The notes under the pieces were generated by a model. That model did no database searches, was not told where the DNA came from, and saw nothing but the letters and a program-made list of their open reading frames with translations. From Candidatus Omnitrophota bacterium (lineage in GTDB: Bacteria; Omnitrophota; Gorgyraeia; Gygaellales; Profunditerraquicolaceae), in the NCBI GenBank assembly GCA_028717055.1, contig JAQUOO010000001.1:1-35767 (forward strand): a stretch of DNA of 35,767 bases. The letters run 5' to 3'. Below are positions 1 to 8,231 of the stretch, in pieces; the stretch's first letter is position 1; each line of letters opens with the position of its first letter. Position numbers and translations under genes: made by a program.

Positions 1-2
1 CG

Positions 3-239
3 CAGTTTCAAGGCGGAGCAGGGATTCAATCAGCCCAGTTAGTGAATTCCAAAGGCGTAAAGTCTGTTCTAACCGGGAATGTCGGACCCAACGCATTTCA
101 AACATTAAGTGCAGCAGGTATCCAGATTTATACCGGCGTTTCCGGTACGGTTAAAGAAGCTGTTGAATCATATAAGAACGGGAAATTAAAAATTACCGAA
201 AGCCCAAGCGTCGGTTCAAAGTTCGGAATGGGAAAGTAG
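3..239 (+). CDS. NifB/NifX-family (FeMo-cofactor-binding fold, COG1433-like) small protein, 5' end cut by window edge
   Basis: The frame is open from nt 3 ([45 protein letters not shown]...), so the listed GTG at 42 is internal. The GNVGPNAF and AAGI-x-hY patterns are typical of this family. The neighbouring genes are MinD-type Fe-S ATPases. Confidence 0.6.
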   Translation, partial: QFQGGAGIQSAQLVNSKGVKSVLTGNVGPNAFQTLSAAGIQIYTGVSGTVKEAVESYKNGKLKITESPSVGSKFGMGK

Positions 240-244
240 CCGCT

Positions 245-856
245 TTGGAAGAAGATCTTTTAGCGAATCATAAGCGCTATTTAGAGCGCAAAGCCTTATA
301 TAGCAGTCTTGGTTATGATGTCGATAAGGAGCGGGCCTTCATTTTAGATAAGGCTCAGCCTCTTTACGGCGATATCCTTGAAGCCGGGACGGGCAAGGGT
401 CATTTTGCGCTTGAGTTGGCAAAGGCAGGGTATAGTTTTATTACCTTCGATATCTCGGAAACCGAGCAGGCTTTTGCGAAACTGAATCTTCGTTACTTTG
501 GTTTTGAAAAGCAAGTTGATTTCCGTATCGAAAACGGAGAGACATTAAGCTTCAAAGATAAAAGTTTCGACGTAGTCTTTTCTGTCAATACCCTCCATCA
601 TTTAACCAATCCTTATAAGGTCATCGATGAGCTTTTGCGCGTGCTTTCTTTTAAGGGAAAGTTTGTCTTAAGCGACTTTACTCAAAAAGGTTTGGCACTC
701 ATGGATAAAATCCACGCCAGCGAAGGCAACAAGCACGAGGTCGGCAAGACCACATTATTCGATGTAGAGAAATATTTAACGGGAAAAGGGTTTAGAGTTA
801 CTAAAGCAAGCAGTAAATTTCAGGATGTTTTAATCGCCTATCACCAATTAATATGA
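245..856 (+). CDS. class I SAM-dependent methyltransferase
   Basis: 203-aa ORF with a TTG start. Motif I is DILEAGTGKGHFALELA, followed by FDIS and VFSVNTLHH. Its stop overlaps the start of the next gene. Confidence 0.75.
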   Translation: MEEDLLANHKRYLERKALYSSLGYDVDKERAFILDKAQPLYGDILEAGTGKGHFALELAKAGYSFITFDISETEQAFAKLNLRYFGFEKQVDFRIENGETLSFKDKSFDVVFSVNTLHHLTNPYKVIDELLRVLSFKGKFVLSDFTQKGLALMDKIHASEGNKHEVGKTTLFDVEKYLTGKGFRVTKASSKFQDVLIAYHQLI

Positions 857-1722
857 TCATTTCAATTGCCAGCGGAAAAGGTGGGACAGGAAAGACTACG
901 GTTGCGGTTAACTTGGCGCTGTCGCTTAAGAACATTCAGCTTCTTGATTGCGACGTCGAAGAGCCCAATGCGCACCTTTTTATTCAACCGCGCATCAAAG
1001 AAGAATTAAAAGCTTATATTCCCGTGCCGGAAGTTAACGAAGCAAAATGTAACTATTGCGGAAAGTGTCGCGAAGTCTGCGCCTATCATGCGATTGCTGT
1101 ATTACCGGGAAACGAATGCAAAAAGGGTAATGTTTTGATTTTCCCGCATCTTTGCCATGGCTGCGGCGCCTGCAGTTTACTGTGTCCTCAATCGGCAATC
1201 AAGGAAGTCAATAAAGAGATCGGTGTTATAGAAATCGGCGAGAAAGATAATATACAGTTTGTCCATGGATGTCTTAATATCGGTGAGGCAATGTCTCCAC
1301 CCTTGATCAGGCAGGTTAAAAAATATATTAATCCTACAAGGACAGTGATTATCGATGCTCCTCCAGGAACATCTTGTCCCGTAATTACTGCGGTTAAAGG
1401 AAGCGATTTCTGTGTTCTGGTGACAGAGCCTACACCTTTTGGCCTGAATGACCTGATTCTGGCGGTTGAGGTATTACGAAAGTTGCAGATACCGTTTGGC
1501 GTATTCATTAATCGCAGCGATATCGGAGACGGTAAGGTTGATAACTATTGTGAGGAAGAGAATATTCCTATTTTGATGAAAATTCCATTTAGCAGAGAAA
1601 TAGCGGTTAGTTACTCCGAAGGTGTACCTATTGTAAAAAAAGACAGCTTATATCAGGATAAATTTATTAACATGTATATTAATATCTGTACAATAATAAA
1701 TGAAGCAAATAGTCGTCATTAG
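853..1722 (+). CDS. MinD/ParA-superfamily P-loop ATPase with inserted 2x[4Fe-4S] ferredoxin domain (COG1149-like)
   Basis: Deviant Walker A SGKGGTGKTT at the N-terminus. Two Cys motifs are present: CNYCGKCREVC and CHGCGACSLLCP. Walker B-like VIIDAPPG. Confidence 0.8.
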   Translation: MIISIASGKGGTGKTTVAVNLALSLKNIQLLDCDVEEPNAHLFIQPRIKEELKAYIPVPEVNEAKCNYCGKCREVCAYHAIAVLPGNECKKGNVLIFPHLCHGCGACSLLCPQSAIKEVNKEIGVIEIGEKDNIQFVHGCLNIGEAMSPPLIRQVKKYINPTRTVIIDAPPGTSCPVITAVKGSDFCVLVTEPTPFGLNDLILAVEVLRKLQIPFGVFINRSDIGDGKVDNYCEEENIPILMKIPFSREIAVSYSEGVPIVKKDSLYQDKFINMYINICTIINEANSRH

Positions 1723-2551
1723 CGGAAAAGGTGGAACAGGAAAAACCGTGCTCAGCGGTTCTCTTGCTGCGTTAGCCAATAATAAGATCATGGTTGATTG
1801 CGACGTAGATGCCGCAGATCTGCATCTTTTATTGCATCCTAAAGTTAAAGAGCGCCATGAATTTAAAAGCGGCCAGACCGCACTTATCGACAGGAAGCTT
1901 TGTAAGAGATGCGGCAAATGCATTCCCGTATGCAGATTTGGGGCCATAAAGGATGATTTTACAATTGAACGCTTTTCATGCGAAGGCTGTGGCCTTTGCA
2001 GTCTTATCTGTCCCCATAAGGCTATTCGCATGGAAGAAGATGTGGCCGGGGAGTGGTTTGTTTCCGATACCCAATACGGACCTTTCGTTCATGCTAAACT
2101 CGGTATAGCTGAGGAAAATTCCGGGAAGCTGGTAGCAAAAATAAGGCAGATTGCTAAAGAGATCGCAGAGAAAAAGGCGCTTGATTATGTAATCATTGAC
2201 GGGCCTCCCGGGATAGGATGTCCTGTAATAGCCTCATTGTCAGGTGTTGACTGCGCTTTAATCGTAACTGAACCTACGCTTTCCGGCCTACATGATGCCC
2301 AAAGGGTTAGGGAGGTAGCAAAGCATTTTAATATTTCGGTTAATCTTGTCGTAAATAAATATGATTTGAATCTAGGCATTGCAGAAAAGATTGAGGCGTT
2401 TTGCAGGGAGCAAGGTATTCCGGTTTTGGGTAGGATTGCTTTTGACAAGAAGATTGTCGAAGCGCTCGTAAAAGGGAAGACAGTAGTTGAGCATATTTCC
2501 TCCCCGGTAGCGGAAGAAATAAAGAATATCTGGGAGCAGCTAAAGAGTTGA
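1700..2551 (+). CDS. second MinD/ParA-superfamily ATPase with ferredoxin insert (paralog of the previous gene)
   Basis: SGKGGTGKTV Walker A, Cys motifs CKRCGKCIPVC and CEGCGLCSLICP, and VIIDGPPGIGCP. Overlaps the upstream paralog by 23 nt. Confidence 0.8.
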   Translation: MKQIVVISGKGGTGKTVLSGSLAALANNKIMVDCDVDAADLHLLLHPKVKERHEFKSGQTALIDRKLCKRCGKCIPVCRFGAIKDDFTIERFSCEGCGLCSLICPHKAIRMEEDVAGEWFVSDTQYGPFVHAKLGIAEENSGKLVAKIRQIAKEIAEKKALDYVIIDGPPGIGCPVIASLSGVDCALIVTEPTLSGLHDAQRVREVAKHFNISVNLVVNKYDLNLGIAEKIEAFCREQGIPVLGRIAFDKKIVEALVKGKTVVEHISSPVAEEIKNIWEQLKS

Positions 2552-2554
2552 TCC

Positions 2555-3532
2555 ATGTTAAATACGAAGCAGCGCGACATCCATATATTGCGGTATTTCT
2601 CTTCCTTTATAAGCGTTTCGGAAGGTAAGATTATAAATATAACCGACCCTAAGCTTACATTTTGCCCTCTTGCCAGCCATCTCTATAAGGGGTTTACAAC
2701 AGCAGACAAGATGGATAAGGAAGCGCTTAAACGCGAAATCAAGAAAGCCATAGGATCTAAAATCAAAGATTTCGGTTTTTTTACTTCTAGGAGGATATTT
2801 TCAGCTAAAGATGTAGCCATCCCATACGGCGCTTCCGAAATGTTGATGTTTGCTTTAAACAAGAAAACTATAGATGTCGCCGTGATTGTTTGCGATGGAG
2901 CCGGAACAATAATAACCGATAGAGGAGATATCGCGCAAGGGGTAGGGGCGCGGATGAATAGCCTTCTTATGACTTCTCCGATAAAAGAAATTCAAGACCA
3001 TCTTAAGCGCGCCGGATGTTATTTAATCTTTGAAAATGCCTTTATTGATCAGGTTAAAGGAGTAGAGAAAGCCATTCAATCTGAACATAAAAGAATAGCG
3101 GTTACGGTTTGCGGACATGATTCCAATAAACTTAAAACGATCAGAGAGTTAGAATTTCCAAGGACCTCTATTACGATTCTTTCTGTTTGTACCACGGGTA
3201 TAAGTGAAGCGAATGTGCGGGAAATCAAAGATTATGCGGATATCGTCTGGAGCTGCGCATCGCTGGATATCAGGGAAACTGTTGGCTCGGCAGCTTTATT
3301 ACAGATTTCAAAACAGATACCAATATTTGCTTTAACTCAAAAGGGCGTGGATCTTGTGGTCGCCTATGCTCAAGATGGTGAGCCTTTGCGGGAATTAAAC
3401 AAGAGAAAACAATATCTAATATCTCTTGAACCAGGATTCTGTAAAATAAAGTTAGGCAATACGAATAATTATTTGCGCGAGGAAAAGCTCCCGGTTTTAC
3501 CGGAGGTGAATTTTGCTTTGGCAGGCGCATAA
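2555..3532 (+). CDS. hypothetical protein, possibly DUF2099 / methanogenesis-marker-8-like
   Basis: 325-aa ORF. The stretch VAVIVCDGAGTIITDRGDIAQGVGARMNSLLMTSP resembles what I recall of the DUF2099 family. This is from memory only and has not been checked by any search. Confidence 0.35.
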   Translation: MLNTKQRDIHILRYFSSFISVSEGKIINITDPKLTFCPLASHLYKGFTTADKMDKEALKREIKKAIGSKIKDFGFFTSRRIFSAKDVAIPYGASEMLMFALNKKTIDVAVIVCDGAGTIITDRGDIAQGVGARMNSLLMTSPIKEIQDHLKRAGCYLIFENAFIDQVKGVEKAIQSEHKRIAVTVCGHDSNKLKTIRELEFPRTSITILSVCTTGISEANVREIKDYADIVWSCASLDIRETVGSAALLQISKQIPIFALTQKGVDLVVAYAQDGEPLRELNKRKQYLISLEPGFCKIKLGNTNNYLREEKLPVLPEVNFALAGA

Positions 3533-3564
3533 GATTAGAGGATGGGTTTTAATGGGGTGCGATC

Positions 3565-3951
3565 ATGATAAAGAAAAGTACTGTTGCTGAATATCCGCAA
3601 GAGGTAATCGATTTAATTAATAATAAGCAATATTTCGGACGGATGAATGACCCTGTAAGTTCTTCCTATTTAAAGGGGCCGTGCGGGGATGCGATGGAGT
3701 TCTACTTGGTAATTGAAAAAAATAGAATTACTGAGATTAAATATTATACCGATGGATGCCAAGCAACGCGTGCATGTGCGGCAATGGTGGCGAAACTGGC
3801 TAGTGGCAAAAGCATAAAAGATGCGCTTTCGATTTCCTCGGGGGAGATTATCGCAAAACTAAAAGGCCTTCCGGAAGATCATTTGCACTGTTCGATTCTT
3901 TCGGTGAGCACGCTTTACCGTGCAATAGCGGATTATTTATTAAAGAAATGA
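3565..3951 (+). CDS. IscU/NifU N-terminal-like Fe-S cluster scaffold protein
   Basis: Three spaced Cys residues in the family-typical context: GPCGDAMEFYL, YYTDGCQATRACA and HLHCSILS. Confidence 0.7.
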   Translation: MIKKSTVAEYPQEVIDLINNKQYFGRMNDPVSSSYLKGPCGDAMEFYLVIEKNRITEIKYYTDGCQATRACAAMVAKLASGKSIKDALSISSGEIIAKLKGLPEDHLHCSILSVSTLYRAIADYLLKK

Positions 3952-4604
3952 TTATAACTAAACAAAAAACCATAGAAGAAATATCTGACTATGTCAAAAA
4001 CGATTCAGCTATATTTCTAATAGGTTGCGCTATCTGCGCAACTACCTGTAAAACTGGGGGAGAAACTGAGGTAAAACGGTTATCTGAGATTTTAATCAGC
4101 AAAGGAAAAGATGTAACTGGATGGGGTGTTTTGAACCCGGCCTGCTATTTACTGGAGTCAAAAAAACTTCTTAGGCGCAAAGAGAAAGAAATAGCTGCGG
4201 CAGATTCGATTATTAGCCTTGCCTGTGGCGGAGGAACACAGGCGATAGCAGAAATAATCAAAAAGCCGGTATACCCGGCTAATGACACTTTGTTTCAGGG
4301 AGAAATAGTCCGGCTTTCTCCGCAAGAGGATCGTTTTGAGAAGCAATGTCTTATGTGCGGAGAATGCATAGTCGGTATTACCGGCGGAATATGCCCGGTA
4401 ACGCGTTGTCCAAAAGGGCTGCGTAGCGGGCCTTGTGGTGGCGTTAATAAAGGGAAATGCGAGGTTGACTCTGACCGGGATTGCGCTTGGGTACTTATTT
4501 ATAATAAATTAAAAGAGCTCGGGCAGATTGAGAATCTGGGTATATTAGGCGGTTTAAGGGATTATCGCAACGAGAGGAACTACGTCTTAATTAATAAACG
4601 TTAA
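3948..4604 (+). CDS. Cys-rich protein with methylenetetrahydrofolate-reductase C-terminal-like (MTHFR_C / MetV-like) domain
   Basis: The motif CPVTRCPKGLRSGPCGGVNKGKCEV...CAW matches the CPK-x-L-x-NGPCGG signature of this domain. Its start overlaps the stop of the upstream gene. Confidence 0.55.
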   Translation: MIITKQKTIEEISDYVKNDSAIFLIGCAICATTCKTGGETEVKRLSEILISKGKDVTGWGVLNPACYLLESKKLLRRKEKEIAAADSIISLACGGGTQAIAEIIKKPVYPANDTLFQGEIVRLSPQEDRFEKQCLMCGECIVGITGGICPVTRCPKGLRSGPCGGVNKGKCEVDSDRDCAWVLIYNKLKELGQIENLGILGGLRDYRNERNYVLINKR

Positions 4605-4743
4605 TGCAATGAAGAAGAAAATGGATGTAAAGGAAAATGAGATTAAGAGTTAAGCATATGCCGGTTAGTCCTGGATGCGACAGGAACCAAAGTCTGCAGG
4701 GAGAATTTATGAGCATAGTGAATAAAATAGAGGGATTCGTTAA

Positions 4744-5457
4744 GTGAAAATAAAAATAATTGCTACAGGTTCCAGTAAGTTAGAACGTTTTATCCATAGG
4801 TGGGGTGTTTCATTTTTGATAGGCGACAATCTATTGTTTGATACTTTTGGCGACCCAGGCGTTCTTCTGAATAATATGCGGAAATTTAACGTTGATGCAG
4901 TCAGAATTAAGCATATAGTTTTATCTCATGATGACTGGGACCATATTTCAGGTTTATGGTATCTGCTCCCGAATCATAAAGATATTACAGTTTATATCTG
5001 CCCTGGATTTCAGCAGGAGATAAAAAGGAGAATTGCCTCATTCGGAGTGCGCGTGGTTGAAGTTGAGCCGTTTACCGAAATTAAAGAAGATGTGTTTTCC
5101 AGCGGTCAAATCGAAACTTCATGCGCTGGAAGGACTATTTTTGAACAAGCCCTGGTCATAAAATTCTTGAATAACTTGAGTATTATTACTGGATGTGCTC
5201 ATCCCGGGATTGTTAATATTATGGATATGGTCAAAGATCACTTTCAAAAAGAACATATTTATTCCGTTCTGGGAGGATTGCATTTAAAAGACAATCCGCG
5301 TGAAGTAAACTTAGAGATAATTGAAAAGCTGCACGGGTTTGGTATCCGTAAGATTGTTCCTATGCATTGTACCGGTAAATACGCAACAAAGATTATACGA
5401 GACCGGTTTGGATACGGTTTTGTGCGGATTAAAGAAGGAGATGCGATAGAGCTATGA
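4744..5457 (+). CDS. metallo-beta-lactamase-fold hydrolase (COG1237-like)
   Basis: GTG start with GAGGGA 9 nt upstream. Contains HIVLSHDDWDHISG (an HxHxDH-type motif) and a later GCAHPG. Confidence 0.65.
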   Translation: MKIKIIATGSSKLERFIHRWGVSFLIGDNLLFDTFGDPGVLLNNMRKFNVDAVRIKHIVLSHDDWDHISGLWYLLPNHKDITVYICPGFQQEIKRRIASFGVRVVEVEPFTEIKEDVFSSGQIETSCAGRTIFEQALVIKFLNNLSIITGCAHPGIVNIMDMVKDHFQKEHIYSVLGGLHLKDNPREVNLEIIEKLHGFGIRKIVPMHCTGKYATKIIRDRFGYGFVRIKEGDAIEL

Positions 5458-5642
5458 ATAAGATAGTGAACATTGATGAAGGGGTGTGCGTTGGTTGCGG
5501 AGTATGTGTAGAACTTTGTCCCAGGAAGATTTTGTATATCGATGGAAAAAGCGGAAAATGTAAAGTAACAGATGAATCGAAATGCGACCGCCTGCGCGGA
5601 TGCGAAAAGGCTTGTCCGGTCAGTGCCATTAAGATTATTTAG
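5454..5642 (+). CDS. small 2x[4Fe-4S]-type ferredoxin
   Basis: 62 aa, with CVGCGVCVELCP and a second C...C..C.KACP cluster. Its start overlaps the upstream stop. Confidence 0.8.
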   Translation: MNKIVNIDEGVCVGCGVCVELCPRKILYIDGKSGKCKVTDESKCDRLRGCEKACPVSAIKII

Positions 5643-5669
5643 CTGGGTAGGCATAAAAGGAGGAAACAC

Positions 5670-6068
5670 ATGAAAGGATTTAAAGCTAATATCGAAAAAG
5701 ATACCTTAGCAAACAAAAAGTTCCGTAAAGTGTTATACACCGGGAAATACAGCCAGTTGGTGTTGATGAGCCTTTGTCCTAGGGAAGAAATCGGTATGGA
5801 AACTCACCCGGAAAATGATCAATTTTTTCGCTTCGAGGAAGGAGAGGGTAAAGTAATTATTGACGGCAGTGAATATGAAGTCAGCGATGGCGTAGCAGTG
5901 GTTGTGCCAGCCGGAGCTAAGCACAATATTATAAATACATCGGATTCAAAAGAATTAAAACTCTATACCATCTATTCTCCTGCACATCACAAAGATGGTA
6001 TAGTTAGAGAAACAAAGCAAGAAGCTGAAGCTAATGAAGCAGAATTTGACGGTAAAACTACAGAATAG
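5670..6068 (+). CDS. cupin domain protein
   Basis: GMETHPENDQFF...VVVPAGAKHNIINT is a two-motif cupin signature. AGGAGG lies upstream of the ATG. Confidence 0.7.
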   Translation: MKGFKANIEKDTLANKKFRKVLYTGKYSQLVLMSLCPREEIGMETHPENDQFFRFEEGEGKVIIDGSEYEVSDGVAVVVPAGAKHNIINTSDSKELKLYTIYSPAHHKDGIVRETKQEAEANEAEFDGKTTE

Positions 6069-6178
6069 GGGAGTCTAATTTTTTCAGGCAACCCGCTTTT
6101 ATTACGAGAAAGACCCCTCAAGTTAAATAAGAGACTTAATTTTCAAAAAGCTTGGGAGTTATAAAGTTAAATTGGGGA

Positions 6179-6250
6179 AGGATTAATTAAGTAGGATTAG
6201 GTCCGGTTAAGTCTGGTTAAGTTTATAGCAACAAATACGAACAGGATTAA
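6179..6250 (+). repeat. short direct repeats in a 300-nt non-coding gap (AGGATTA x3; GGTTAAGT x2 in tandem)
   Basis: AGGATTAA at 6179-6186, AGGATTA at 6193-6199 and AGGATTAA at 6243-6250. GGTTAAGT at 6205-6212 and 6215-6222, with a 10-nt period. Confidence 0.35.
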
Positions 6251-6255
6251 GACTT

Positions 6256-6281
6256 GGGTTCGACCCCCGTCAGGTAGCCCA
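6256..6281 (+). other. tRNA 3'-end-like fragment (T-loop-like GGGTTCGACCCCC ... CCA), not an intact tRNA
   Basis: GGGTTCGACCCCC at 6256-6268, followed by CAGGTAGC and CCA ending at 6281. The T-stem pairs poorly, and the matching 5' acceptor strand (CTACCTG) is not found upstream. Confidence 0.25.
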
Positions 6282-6340
6282 TTTTTCTTTCGGCCATTTT
6301 TGGGCGAAATAAACATAAGGTCCTGAAGGAAAAGTCAAAG

Positions 6341-6382
6341 AGTTAGAAAGTTAGAAATTACAACTTGACATACTTTCTAACT
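6341..6382. promoter_or_regulatory. inverted repeat (candidate operator) bracketing the -35 box of the TA promoter
   Basis: AGTTAGAAAGT at 6341-6351 is the exact reverse complement of ACTTTCTAACT at 6372-6382. GTTAGAAA also occurs twice in tandem. Confidence 0.5.
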
Positions 6383-6393
6383 TATGTTAAACT
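6365..6393 (+). promoter_or_regulatory. sigma70-like promoter for the AbrB/RelE-type TA pair
   Basis: TTGACA at 6365-6370, a 17-nt spacer, then TAAACT at 6388-6393. This lies about 20 nt upstream of the GGAGGTG RBS and the ATG at 6413. Confidence 0.5.
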
Positions 6394-6412
6394 TCTCTCG
6401 GAGGTGAAAAAG

Positions 6413-6679
6413 ATGACTATTACAAAGCTAAAAGCCAAGAATCAGATTACCCTGCCTAGCGCAATCGTAAAGAGGCTGCGCCTTAAGCCGGAAGAGTTGT
6501 TTACAGTGGATATTGAGGCGAATTATATCAAGCTTATGCCTGTTGAGGTGGCGCCCCGCCGCTATGCCGCCGAAGAACTGAAAGCGATTGATCGGATTGT
6601 GCAGAAAGAAAAAGGTAAGGCCAAGGTATTTAAAGCTGGTAAAGAATTCTCCGAATACGTCAAAAAACTGACTAAATGA
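6413..6679 (+). CDS. AbrB/MazE/SpoVT-family antitoxin
   Basis: MTITKLKAKNQITLPSAIVKRLRLKPEELFTV is a swapped-hairpin AbrB-type N-terminus. I prefer the ATG at 6413 (RBS GGAGGTG) to the listed TTG at 6365, because that TTG is the -35 box. Overlaps the downstream toxin gene by 4 nt. Confidence 0.7.
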   Translation: MTITKLKAKNQITLPSAIVKRLRLKPEELFTVDIEANYIKLMPVEVAPRRYAAEELKAIDRIVQKEKGKAKVFKAGKEFSEYVKKLTK

Positions 6680-6957
6680 AGCAAATTATTCCGCTTTCTT
6701 CGTTTGAGCGAGCCGCAAAGAAATTATCCTCATTTGATCAAAGTCAGCTTGCCGATAGTTTAGAAGATTTCAATAATTTTGTAATTACCGGCCAAGCGCC
6801 TGTTGGTTTTGGTTTCAAGAAGATAAACCATGATAAATATGAGTTTCGAGTCGGCTTAAGGCTTCGTATTGTAGTGAAGCTGGAAGGCAATATATATTAC
6901 CTGGTTTTAGCAGGTAGCCACGATGAGGTAAAGCGCTATCTGCGTAAATATCGGTAA
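6676..6957 (+). CDS. RelE/ParE-superfamily toxin
   Basis: 93 aa. The pattern KKL...YEFRVGLRLRIVVKLEGNIYYLVLAGSHDEV is typical of RelE/ParE-like toxins. Translationally coupled to the antitoxin. Confidence 0.6.
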   Translation: MKQIIPLSSFERAAKKLSSFDQSQLADSLEDFNNFVITGQAPVGFGFKKINHDKYEFRVGLRLRIVVKLEGNIYYLVLAGSHDEVKRYLRKYR

Positions 6958-7036
6958 GGTAAATTTTGCAGATGGTCGGTTAATGAGGGTGATCCATGAA
7001 TTATCGGAGAGATGGTTTATAACACATGGAAGGGCT

Positions 7037-8197
7037 ATGCAGAACATCCTTTTTGAAAAAGAAAAAATCGGTGAACTGGAGCTGAAAAACCGTTTCTTAA
7101 TGTCCGCAGGGACAGGTACCTGGAATGCCGATCAGGATAACATTCCGCATGACGGCGACGGCTATATCCATTTTGAGATCGCCAGTGGCGGGGTGGCGAT
7201 GGTTATAAGCGGCGGCTTAAATGTCAGCCCTTCCGGGGTTAGTACTTCCCATTCCGGGATGTTCGCCGATGACAGAAGCGCCCCTTTTATGAGCATCTTC
7301 GCCAAAAGAATTAAGGATGGCGGAGCCCTTGCCTGTCTTCAGATATCTCATGGAGGGATGTGGGCCTGGAAATATGCTAAAAAAAGAAATATCGCTCCTT
7401 TTGCTCCTTCATTCATTGTTGACGCCGAATTAGGCGATTACAGTGTTTCCAGGAGAATAGATTTGCCTGCTACCGAGGGGCAAATATGCGAATTGATAGA
7501 AGCCTACGGTAACGCGGCGTTGCGGGCTAAAAAATGCGGTTTTGACGCGGTGGAAGTGCATGCCGCGCATGAGGCGTTGTTATCTCAAATGCTGTCGCCT
7601 GTTTCTAACATACGCAAGGATAAATGGGGCGGTAGTGTAGAAAACCGCGCCAGATTCCATATTGAAGTCCTACGTAATATTCGTAGCAAAGTCGGCAAGA
7701 GCTTCCCAGTGATAATGAAGCTGGGGGTTAAAGATATGCTGGAGGGTGGGCTTTCGTTTGAGGATGGAGTCGCTGCAGCTAAGATAATCGTTGAAAAGGG
7801 CGGCGTTGATGCTATCGAGGTAAGCCAGGGCTTAAGCCCGGGCTTATTGGATTTTGCGTATTCTTCGATGCGGACCGGAATTACGCGTTTAGAAAACGAG
7901 GGGTATTACCGCCATTGGGCAAAGCTGGTTAAAGGCGCCATAAGCCATACAGGTGCAAAAGTCATCATGCAGGGAGGCCTTAGGTCTTTTGAATTGATGC
8001 AGGAAGTTATCGAAAAGAAAGAAGCGGATTTTGTTTCCATGTGCCGGCCGTATATATGCGAGAGCGCGATTATAAAAAGATGGATGGGCTCCGACAGGAA
8101 AAAATCTGCCTGTATATCCTGCAATAAATGTATTATAAGGGCATATACCGAAGGCAAGAAACTCGAATGTGTGCTAAAGTCAGGCAATGGGGGATAA
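7037..8197 (+). CDS. Old-Yellow-Enzyme / 2,4-dienoyl-CoA-reductase-like NADH:flavin oxidoreductase (divergent)
   Basis: FDAVEVHAAHEALLSQMLSPVSNIRKDKWGGSVENRARF matches the OYE core. A C-terminal CISCNKC is present. The ATG at 7037 (RBS GGAAGGG) is preferred to the listed ATG at 6983. Confidence 0.65.
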   Translation: MQNILFEKEKIGELELKNRFLMSAGTGTWNADQDNIPHDGDGYIHFEIASGGVAMVISGGLNVSPSGVSTSHSGMFADDRSAPFMSIFAKRIKDGGALACLQISHGGMWAWKYAKKRNIAPFAPSFIVDAELGDYSVSRRIDLPATEGQICELIEAYGNAALRAKKCGFDAVEVHAAHEALLSQMLSPVSNIRKDKWGGSVENRARFHIEVLRNIRSKVGKSFPVIMKLGVKDMLEGGLSFEDGVAAAKIIVEKGGVDAIEVSQGLSPGLLDFAYSSMRTGITRLENEGYYRHWAKLVKGAISHTGAKVIMQGGLRSFELMQEVIEKKEADFVSMCRPYICESAIIKRWMGSDRKKSACISCNKCIIRAYTEGKKLECVLKSGNGG

Positions 8198-8231
8198 ATT
8201 GTAAGATTTCCTTTTTTAGGATAAAACTACT

